NCBI GenBank assembly: GCA_012295275.1
Contig: CM022665.1
Coordinates: 7,440,001-7,504,000, forward strand
Reading direction: 5' to 3'
Length of the DNA stretch: 64,000 nucleotides
From: Chrysomallon squamiferum
Lineage: Eukaryota; Animalia; Mollusca
Position numbers and translations under genes: made by a program. The notes under the pieces were generated by a model. That model was not told the DNA's origin, searched no databases, and saw nothing but the letters and a program-made list of their open reading frames with translations. Below are positions 53,801-64,000 of this stretch, in pieces. Within the stretch, counting starts at the first letter, position 1. Every line of letters begins with the position of its first letter.

Positions 53801-54080
53801 GTAATTTTTTTTTTTTTTAACTGATAGTGTTTAAAAAAAGTCTAGGCAGTTGTTTTGACTGTTAATAGTTATATTCAGGTAAACAGTTTTAGGGTAATTT
53901 TTAACTGCATTTCACATGCACTAAATCAAGGAAATAAATATTGTTCAACATCATATGTATAGTGAAGAAAAAAGAAGAGGCCTGATCCATTTTTGTTTTT
54001 ACTCGCAACTTCCACTTCTTTAGCTGGTTTCATACTCTTTCATGCTTTCCCTCACTAATTTCAAGTGAAACTGTTAAACC

Positions 54081-54132
<52 letters not shown>

Positions 54133-57100
54133 TTATTGTTGTTGTTATTATAGACAGAAGTATCTATGGAAGTAGAAACTGTCCATATAAAAAATATGTA
54201 TGGAATATTCATTTGCTGAAGAAGTTTGATGAAGTAGCTCATCCTGAATGGCTTATCTACATCATACATGGATTTGTTGGACAATCTAGTATCCTGTAGA
54301 ATTTGTTTTATTTTATGAACTTTAATAATATATTTCACTAATGGAATAATTACTGCAATTTAATAGTTACTTCAGATAATTTCTGAAAGCCATATTTATT
54401 TGTTAAAAGAAATGATAAAACAAACACCTATAATTAATCTTATTGTCACAGAATGGAACAACAGACAACAAAAAACGTAAAAAAAACACATTATTTATTT
54501 TCCAGTTGTATAATGAAAATTTAATTATTAAATTAAGATGTCATGAAAACAAACAGAATCAATAACTTTGTGTTAAATAGTATGAATTTGAAGGAATTTG
54601 GCTTCATAAGATATAATTGAAATGTTTAATGTGTTTGCAGAAAGACTACATGCATTAGTTGTTTGACTTTTTTTATACTATAAGATTAACTGTATTTTCT
54701 TAACTGACAAGAAATCTGTATTTATGGTAAATCTGTGTACCTAACACTGATAGGTCGAAGGTCAAACCAGTTTGCAGGAACTCGGTTTTTAAAGAGAGGA
54801 GCCAACTGCGAGGTATAAAATACTAGTAATTAACACTGTGTTGACAATCTCTAAGATAAATTCAGTGACAAAATGTCACCTGCTCCTTAAGTCATTAAAG
54901 ACATTAAAAAGTTGATATTACTGTTACAAAACCTAACAGATTTAGTTTATGCAACTATATAAAATATTACTTGCCTAGTGTTGTTTTATTATTTATATTA
55001 ATTAATGATGAAAGGTTTTTAGTTTCTGGTATTTTTTATTGTCTTTAATATTATTACTGTTATAAAACACTGTTAATTTTTATAGATCTTATTTCTTAGC
55101 ATTACTTTATAGAGGTGTATATATAAAAAAAAATTGTTTTAAAATACAGGACTATTTTATCTCCATTTATGTGTAATATTTCATGCTGTGACTGTCTAGC
55201 TGACTAACTGTAATCTTTCAATTAGAGATCTGCGGTTAACGAATTTGGTGATATACACAGTTATCATGGCTAAATATAATATGTTTGTATTATTTACGGT
55301 GTGCTGTAGCTAACTGTAATATGTTGATATTATATACACTGGTTTGTGGCTAAATGTAATATGTTGATATTATATACATCTGTTGTGGTTAATTGTAATA
55401 TGGTATTATATACAGGGTGCTGTGGCTAACCACATTGAAACTGAGCAGATAGTCCATGATGCATCTGTGACATTTCTTCACAATGCCAGTTTAACTTCCT
55501 TCACACAGATGAGAGGATCTATTCCTCTATGCTGGTCACAAGACACTTCAAAAATGGTTCCAAAACCCCCAATTATGTGTAAGTTATTTTACACAGAATC
55601 CAGATATACAATGTTATTTTAAAACTTATTTTGACAAGAAACATTAAATGATCATTTTTTTTCTTCTTTTGAGAAGAGAAAAAAGCATGGATAATATAGA
55701 AAAAAATAATAAAAATAAAAATTAAAATATATGTCAGACAGATTGATTTTTCATTTAATATTTTTATTTTATATTATTTTATTTTATTTTATTTTTTATT
55801 TTATTTTATTTTATTATTATTATTATTTTTTTTTTTAACAGGACCTTGGTAATTAAATATGAGTGTTCATTATTTCATTATTTATTCTTGATATTAAAGC
55901 GTTCTTTGTTTTTGTTTTAGTGGACCAGCGTGATCCTTATGCCCATATTGCTGGGCAGCACTTCAATGAACTGCTGAGTAGATATGGAGCTCCAATCATA
56001 GTTCTTAACCTTATAAAGGTTTGTACTGTGATATAGAGAGAAAATAATTGATTTCATTTTATTATCAAATATGAAACATATTACAGCTGTAAATAAGAGA
56101 TATAATGTGGGAGATATCTGAATCAAGATTAAAAATAAATGAAATAACTGTAATAAAATGTTGGCTTTACATGTAAACAGAGTCATGAATAAAATCTTAA
56201 ACGACATATGTAAAATAATTTGGCACTGCTAATTCAGTTACAGATGTGTTAGCCTTTTATCTCATTTAGCAGGATATTGCTGATAGAGTGTATTCACACT
56301 TACACAGCTGAAACCGATTCACTGAAACACTTTAGATTGGAATAAATAGTAGTACTTGTAACAGAAGTGTAGTTATCTGCATCAGACATTATAACAATAA
56401 AGAAACTTAATGCAGTATACATTTATTTTTGCATCAGTTTTAAAAGTACACCAACAAATGTTTTTGGGGTCATGTTTTGTTTTTTAAATGACGTTGTCTG
56501 CCTCGGTGTTTCCTAATAACAAATAATGTGATACTTGCAGACAAGAGAGAAGAAAAAGCATGAAGGAATTCTTAGTGATGAATTTATTGAAGCAATTCAT
56601 TACCTCAACCAGTTTCTTCCTCCTGAGCATGGCATGCAGTACATTGGTTTTGATATGGCCAGACTAAACAAGAGGTAAGATAATCTACACACGTACGGGG
56701 AGAGAGAGAGAGAGAGAGAGAGAGACTGAGACTTTAACTGGATGTATGGGTATGTGAGTGAGTGTACACAATCTAGTTAGAAAGATCTGAATTATTTTGC
56801 AAGTATATAGAATAACTGATAGTTTCTTGCTTTCAGTGAGACCAGTACGTTATAGTTTTGATACTGTTGGGCATCTACTCCTTTATTTTCTGTTCCTGGT
56901 GCATACATTTAGTATTTTTTGGTGCAACAAATTCAAAACAGTAAGGTGCAAATGAATTAATTTATATATGATCACTGACTTCATCTGTATGTTTTTATTT
57001 AGTAAAACAAAGTACACTGTAATGAATTAATGATTTTTGTTTTCTGTTATATGTTTTGTTGAAATAGAAATAGCTTGCTTTTCTGAATGTGTATCTCTAC

Positions 57101-58698
57101 ACTACATGAAGACTGTTAGTCCCTAATTTGTTGCAGTTATATTATGTATATGAAAAATAATAATAACAAGTAAATAGAAAAATATAGCCTTTTTCAAGTA
57201 ATATTTTTATTACAATAATTTAAATATGAATAATTGGTTACAGAAAGAATTCTAATGTGTTGGTGCGGTTGGCAAAGATAGCCAAATATTGTGTGAAGCA
57301 GACTGGATTCTTTGTTCACATGCCAGCAGGTAAAGCTGAAGTGGCACTCAAAGATGAGGAGTAAGTATTCTCTCTTTTATTTTTGTAATAAATCTGGGTT
57401 TTTGGTGGGGGGGTTTTGGGGTGTGGGTGTTGTAGAAATATATGTAAATTCCCAGAGTCAGAAGACATTATCTGGAACCAATGCTTTTGATGCAGAACAA
57501 ATGAAACATCCTAAGTACTTCTCCAGTGGGACAAAAAAAAAAAAAAAAAAATTGAGAGAAAAACAATTTATTTATTAGTTTCAGACATTTCAATATGTAC
57601 TCTTGAGGCCTGAGTATGACTGGCATATTTGGCAAGAAAAGACATCCTGTAATATTTGTATCAGTATAGAAATATGTATAGGCACATGTTATACCATACA
57701 GATAAAGACATGACAATTACTGTTTCTCTCATGCAATTCAAAATATGAAAACATCCAAGATACTAAATCTTGTATACAAAACTATCTTTTGTATTGGAAT
57801 AGATTTCAGAAAGGCCAAACTAAAAATGAATGTTAAGAGTAGATGTCATTCCTTGCTATATTGACAGATAAAAATAATGTGCCATTAAGATACATCTTCT
57901 CATATCATTTTCATTTCATAGTAATTAATTTCATCCAGGTTATTATTATTTTTCTGATTTAATGCTTTAAAGAAATCCTAATCCTTTGTGATCATTCATT
58001 TTCTGTATTAATAGATTTACGTTGTTTTATTCTGTGGTTATAATAACATCTCACATATATTTCATGTATTTGTTTATTAATTACTAGGAGGTTTCTTGTT
58101 TAAGGTTAAGGAGTTTCAAAGGAATGCGCACACCAAATGGTTGTTGTCAGACAGGTGTTGTACGCACAAACTGTGTAGACTGTCTGGACAGAACTAACAC
58201 AGCTCAGTTTGCAATGGGAAAGTGTGTCCTCTCCTATCAGGTAAATGTTCTTCCTTTCCTTTACATTACTTTGTCCAAATTTTAGCCAGTGATGTTTAGG
58301 GTGCCATGGCACTGGCAGTAGTGATGTGTGCCTATGTAGCTCTATGTTCTGTCTTCTGATAGATAGTATGGCTGCATTCAGCTCAGCCCATTCCTTGATG
58401 TTGTCCAGCCAGTATGTCTTGGTCTTCCCATCTTTTGTTCATTTTAAATGAGATTTAAGAGACAAAATTTCTCCAGGAAGTATGTATTTCTAACAATGTG
58501 TTTTAGTTTAATTGTTTTATACATATTTTAATGTTGCAGTAAATATGTTTTTTTATTTGATTAGAATATGAAAATTAAAGATCTGAATACAGTTCAGTAT
58601 TCACAATATCTACAATGACTGTCAGAAAGTAAAAAAAATAATGTTTTTTCATTATTTTGGAATTAAATTTTGTTGGATTTTTGTTTTTTTTCATTACA

Positions 58699-58730
<32 letters not shown>

Positions 58731-61700
58731 CTTTATGCACTAGGAGTTATAGAAAGACCACATTTGGAATTTGATACAGACTGCATAAGGTTTGTTTTAA
58801 GATTTTTCACGCATCTGACACTTCATACAGCTTTTGTATTACATTATGATAATTTCCCCCATAAATCACCAATGCTGCTTTTTTGTATTATTTGAAAAAG
58901 GAATTTTAAACGTCTTTTACAGTGATTTGGTAGAGACCACCTCATCTTGTCTCTTCATTAATATCATTTAATGAACTGTGTTATTAATTAATTAATTATT
59001 TGTTTTTATTTCTTTATTATGTATAATTTTTGTTGTTGTAGAATGCTTGAAGATTTGTATGAAGACCATGGCGACACAATAGCTTTACAGTATGGGGGTT
59101 CACAGCTTGTACACAGAATCAAAGGTTACAAGAAGATTGCTCCATGGACGTCTCATTCTCGAGATATTATGCAGACTCTCTCCAGATACTATAGCAATGC
59201 CTTTTCCGGTAAAATAATTTTATATGTAATTATCTGCAAGTTAGCATGAATAATGTTTACACATTTGTTAATTTTTGGAAGAAAAAAAATCTATTGATTA
59301 ATAAAGCATTTACCTTTTAGTCACTTTTAGATGAAGTTATAACATGTTTGCGTCATTGATGATTAATTGTGCAATGATTATGAATGTTATTATCATTAGA
59401 CGTAAGTTAAATTGAGGTATTCAATATTAAGATATCTGATTGATCTAATGTTAATTTCTAGATGTAGAGAAACAGCAAGCTTTCAATCTCTTTCTTGGAA
59501 TGTTTGAACCTAAAGAAGGCCAACTCAACTTGTGGGAGCTTCCTACAGATTACTATCTACATAATAAAATTGCCATGGGAGTCAAGCCACAGGTTAGACG
59601 AAGGTACGTCATACATTTCTTATTCAATTACTAATGAATGGCTTAAAAATTTAAAGAACTTTTTTTTAGATATTACCCTAGACTTCAGCAGTTCTTACTG
59701 TTACGAACTCTGTGTTTTACAAATTGTATTAAGTGTTGTTAAACATTTGTTCATAATCTTCAGCTGTTTTATAATTTTTCTTCAATTTAAAATTTTTAAA
59801 TCGTTAATTTTCTGGATTAATTATACTTTATTTTCGTTTATTTGTTGTAAATTATTATTCAAATTGTAAAATAATATGTTATTTAAAGGGCTTAGATCAA
59901 AAGTGGTCTCAGCTACACAGCATTGTTTTTGAGATAACTGATGTCAACATTATTAAACTATTATTTAAAAATTGAATGTTATACAAAGTTGTTTAAAAAT
60001 ATATATATGATAGAAATAGGACGGCTGAATCGTACCCATATCAATCACCTTGTGATCCAAACACATATATATTCTGTTACATTTAAGAATATGTCTTAAT
60101 AAAATGTTTGCAGTTAAGTAGTACAGCTGTTTTATGTTAAGTAGTGTAGCTGTTGTACATACAATGGCACTGTTTCTATGCACAGCTATTCACAATGGTG
60201 GGATCTGCCAGTCTGCAGAAGTCTTCCTCTGGCTTATGATGAAGGTACTGGATTTCAGAAATTCATTACTTTAAAAAAAAAAAAAAAATGAAGATAATAA
60301 TAAATATATTCTGATGTTATTCTTCCGAAATTTATGGTTAAATATTTAAATATTAAAAATAGATAATAATAAATAAAATAAAAAATGCTGTATGCTAACT
60401 TTATGGAAAACTTTTCTAAAAATATTTTGTTTATATTTTATTGAATTTATTGAGACAGAATGTTAAAAAAACAATTGTTTACATTCTGTTTCTGTCAGGT
60501 AGAATATAGTATGCATGTACTTTTTTTGTAGCTGATGTCTTTGTAATTTCCATACTCTTGTTTGTTATTTCAGTTAATATGTCTTCTTTAGTAAAAGAAA
60601 ACTGCAATGTTAGCAATGTTTGAAAACATTTGTACATCAGTCATTATTTTCGAACAGTTTAGACTCATTCCATGCTGTTTTATTATTTTTTTATTTTTAG
60701 AATCAAAATGTGTTGACAAACAAATGGTTGTTGTTGCAACTAATGAATCCAGCGAGACCGTGAATGCCTTCAATGAGTACTATAAACCATTTGAACTGAC
60801 AGTGTTTGAAGAGTTATACTCCATGTCTATGACATGTTCTGTCAGGTGCTTATCCATCTTCTATCTTAATTCATTTTTTGCTTGCCAGCGGCTTTCTAGA
60901 CTGATCAAACTGATAAAAGATATTTACTGTCACTGAACCCTGGGCTCATTTTTCATGTTGACACAGCAAGAGGTATTTTATAGGAATCACCACTCACAGT
61001 ACAACAAACAGTTTTTGATGCACTTGTTGTGGAACTTGAATGAGAAATACTGTATGGGTACTTTAAGGAGGTTTCAGTGTATTACTGTTATGGACGTTTT
61101 AATTGGCTCAAATATGCTCTTAACTGAATAACAGATATATTATCATTATATAGTCTTAACTGGATAACATACATAATGATTAAATGTAAGTCAGCTAAAA
61201 TACTGATAATGGTTTTATGATCAGTCCTGCTGTATGTAAACATATTTTCATTGCAACCATTGCTTCACTGATACTGTAGAGAAAACTAATTTATATATTC
61301 TCCTGCCTGAGGAAAGGTATATTAGAATTGTTAATGCAAAGATTAATTAGCTCACAGTTCAGTGACAGTGACATTTAGTCAAAGTTAAACTGGATGTTCA
61401 GTCATAGATTTGCACAGTTATTTTTTTTATTCATTTTCTTTTCTAATGTAAAAGAATATAACTGGGCTCTATTGAAAGTTTCGTATGTAATCATAACAGT
61501 TTGTAATAGCATTTGAAAGAAAAAAAAACATGAATGGAAGTTTTTACAAATATGCAAGATTTTACAAATATGCAGTTGATTGCTGCAAAGTAAAACAAAG
61601 ATAAATCTAGAGATATTAAACAGGAGAGTGATCAGGCTGTTTTTGGAATTGTTTTATTTTGTGGAAGTGAAGGTGATAGATAATAAGTGAATGTTGATGA

Positions 61701-62585
61701 TTAAGATATTTTAATTTCAGAGATTTTATGCCTAAAACAGCGACAGACTCTAGTCCATTCATCTTAAGACGGACACAGCCAAGCATTCGGCTGCAGAAAA
61801 GCGGGTAAATTGATGTTTAAAACATGGGATGCTGTTTAAAACAAATATTTAAAATAATCAGTGACCTTGCACCCTGGCAGAAGTTTAATTTTGTATGTTG
61901 TCTTTTTATTTCAATGTGGCACTGTTTGTTTTCATTTATCTGTTCAAAATGTGTTTAACTGCTTCTTCAGCAGCTGATCCCAAAACCAGCAAAATAACAA
62001 CATAGTCTGTAAAATTTACTTATCATGCTTACTTGTAAAATACTGAAGAAATAATCACTACAGTTTAAAGCTTGACCATCAGTTTTGTTTCTTCATATAG
62101 AAATTAATTTAATAACCAACAATATATAACAATGCTTGTCTGCTAGCAGTAATATTTTTAAATTTTTCATTCATAAACTGTGATATATTGTGTTCTTAGA
62201 TGCGATAGTTTAATGTTGTCTTTGTTGTTGTATTACATTTATTTATTTATTTTGAAAAAATTGCTAAATATAATTTCTTAATTTAATTAAATTAAGTATT
62301 ATGAGGAAGATTTGAGTAGTGAATTTAAATAGTTTGCATGGTTATGTTGTTGTTTTTTTTATTGCACGGTTCATTTGCATATTGTTGTGTTGTAGAGTGG
62401 CAACCTTCCAAAGAAACCAAAGCTGCACAAATCTATCTTTCACTGCCAGGTTGGTGATGGATATTGAATATAAACAATAATAACTGACACATTTGTAAAA
62501 CCGAAACATTAAAAATTGTTTCACATGTACAACAAAACTGAGAGGATTGACAAAAAGTTAATAAAAATTAAATTATTGACAAAAA

Positions 62586-62616
<31 letters not shown>

Positions 62617-63577
62617 AAATAATAATAAATAAAAATGAATATAATTTGGATAAAGTGATAAAAATAAATATATTTAAAATGTATGTGAAATCTGCAACAT
62701 GTTGCTGAAGTATTTATTATTGAATACTTTTTAATATAACCTGTTTTATTTATTTTAATTTTCTGCTAAATATTATTATTAGGCACTATTTCTATTAGGT
62801 ATTTTACATTAAAACTGACAATTTTAGGGGACGTCTCACACAGAAATGTCAGAAGCAAAAACCTACTTAATCATTTTAAAAAACAATAAATATGTTCTGA
62901 CATTGAAGTGAAAATACTCCTTCTTATGTTACTGTTACAATTAGAGCTTCTACAAAATGTTTAAATAGTTCTCCGATTTCATAAAAAGTATAACTCATAA
63001 AACCATGTAAAAAGAAAGTTATTTTTATATTTTTTTTATATTTGAGTTTAAGAATTTGTGTTTCATCTTGCATGTAAGGTATTTTTCTTTATTGTTTTAG
63101 ATACGTATGGTGTAAATATTTGTAGAGCACACTTTATTTATTTAGAATATGTCTACAATCATATTTGCTTTTTTCTGAACATTTGTCATTGTTTTCATTT
63201 TTATATTGCTGTTGCTGTTTCCCTTAGGATAATACCTTCTGTGTAGCAGTAATATATCCAACCTTTCATATTATTTTTTTTCCTCTTTTTTTATTATTAT
63301 TTTTTATTTTTTATTTTATTTTTTGTATCACTGAAAAATTTGATTTTCTGTGTTATTAGAAAACATAATCATTTTAATGATGCCTTTTAATATATTCATC
63401 AGACAAGAGACAAATCCAAATTTATCTGGCAAGGATTCTACATCATCAGTAGCTTCACAGGGGTCAGAGGGCAGCACAAGCAGCACAGATGAATCTGATG
63501 TTGAAGGAGGAGTGAATTTGTCTGATTCATCAAGTCCTTATGATTCTGATCATGTTTCCAGTTACATTTCATTCAAA
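50232..63577 (+). CDS. FIG4: FIG4 (Sac3) PI(3,5)P2 5-phosphatase; 3'-partial
   Basis: Exons 50232-50291, 51095-51193, 51711-51834, 52498-52654, 52866-52916, 53360-53601, 54154-54288, 54712-54812, 55416-55578, 55921-56018, 56541-56674, 57244-57360, 58105-58240, 58731-58789, 59042-59208, 59462-59603, 60186-60244, 60701-60845, 61721-61804, (62396-62449), 63403-63577. Motifs [57 protein letters not shown], catalytic [12 protein letters not shown] (CX5RT), [14 protein letters not shown]. Confidence 0.96.
51240..51500 (+). mobile_element. Decayed tRNA-derived SINE
   Basis: A-box GTAGCTCAGTGGATAGAG followed by a SINE body (gactggttcatcagtgg...ccctgtctgtggcaaatgcatacaaa); no intact tRNA cloverleaf. 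Confidence 0.55.
54289..54711 (+). other. U12-type (minor spliceosome) GT-AG intron in FIG4
   Basis: Donor GTATCCTG; branch TTTTCTTAAC (54695-54704) only 7 nt before the end of the intron; no polypyrimidine tract; joins GQS|KICIYG in frame. Confidence 0.85.
55250..55430 (+). repeat. Tandem ~38-bp repeats duplicating the FIG4 intron/exon acceptor junction
   Basis: Units about TGTGGCTAA.TGTAATATGTTGATATTATATACA(G/C/T); the last unit supplies the real acceptor at 55415. Confidence 0.75.
56700..56724. repeat. (GA)n microsatellite
   Basis: Direct read of the sequence. Confidence 0.9.
58290..58440 (-). mobile_element. RTE-clade LINE 3' fragment
   Basis: Minus strand translates, across one frameshift, as GRPR / [15 protein letters not shown], the typical RTE C-terminal motif GRPRxxWxDNIKEW. 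Confidence 0.65.
60940..61130 (-). mobile_element. Decayed SINE, reverse orientation
   Basis: cagcaagaggtattttatagg...tgagaaatactgtatgggtac...gctcttaactga corresponds to the reverse complement of the family at 51240. Confidence 0.5.
62396..62449 (+). CDS. Candidate 54-nt cassette exon of FIG4 ([17 protein letters not shown])
   Basis: gttgtag|AGTGGC...TGCCAG|gttggt; phase 2-2; open in frame between exons 61721-61804 and 63403-63577. Confidence 0.55.
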
Positions 63578-63824
63578 GTGAGCAGTTTGTTCTCAGACCA
63601 TTCTATTTCTTTCCTGATACATTTTCAGAGATGAAAGATTTTCTATTTTTTTAAATTTATTTTATTTTTATTTTATTTTTATCAAAAAGTCCAGAGAACT
63701 AAATTTGCTTTAATGTTCAAATAGACTCCTGTATACTACATATCTGAGTCGGAATGACTGAAGGAATGAATGATATTTTATTATTAACAGTATAAAATTA
63801 ACTTAGTCATGTTGTTGTTACAAT

Positions 63825-63962
63825 AATGGTGTCATGGAGGAAACCCATTACCACTATTCCTGTAACTGCTGTTACCAATTAGCAGAAGATATCATTTATA
63901 ACGTCAAATATACAGAAAAACTTTCACAGCCTTGATAAAACCAGCTGTGTGGCACCAGCCTG
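63825..63962 (-). mobile_element. Decayed SINE fragment, reverse orientation
   Basis: ggaggaaacccattaccac...attagcagaagatatcatttata...cacagccttgataaaaccagctgtg. Confidence 0.45.
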
Positions 63963-64000
63963 TCTAACTGTTACTGTTTTTCCCAATCAGGATCTGTTCC

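Noticed and set aside
63229-63246. FIG4 microexon after ttgctgtttcccttag
   Set aside because: The acceptor is plausible, but the candidate donors (gtagca, gtgtag) are weak and extension hits TAG.

Overview
AT-rich, intron-rich animal genomic DNA, most likely a mollusc (gastropod suggested by the repeat types; low-moderate confidence). I assembled four spliced genes by hand from GT-AG sites with consistent exon phases: (1) NEK9-like kinase (+, 5' end outside the window, stop at 15092); (2) an IAP, BIR-BIR-UBA-RING (+, 20747-24007, 361 aa); (3) a PARP14-like macro-PARP (-, 49754-31526: RRM-like, KH-like, 3 macrodomains, WWE, ART domain); (4) FIG4/Sac3 phosphoinositide 5-phosphatase (+, from 50232, runs off the 3' end), head-to-head with the PARP gene. 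The PARP gene is the most unusual feature. The donor loop and catalytic Tyr of its ADP-ribosyltransferase domain are encoded by two tandem duplicated exons only 31 nt apart, which look mutually exclusive. The domain has an H-Y-E triad unlike vertebrate PARP14, its last exon carries a 2-nt frameshift in this sequence, and a consensus ISRE lies upstream. Other observations: a NEK9 microexon, a U12 intron in FIG4, a hidden in-phase exon chain at about 26.2-27.3 kb, a Tigger4/Zombi-like MITE, a Tc2/pogo-like MITE, a piggyBac-like remnant and decayed SINEs.
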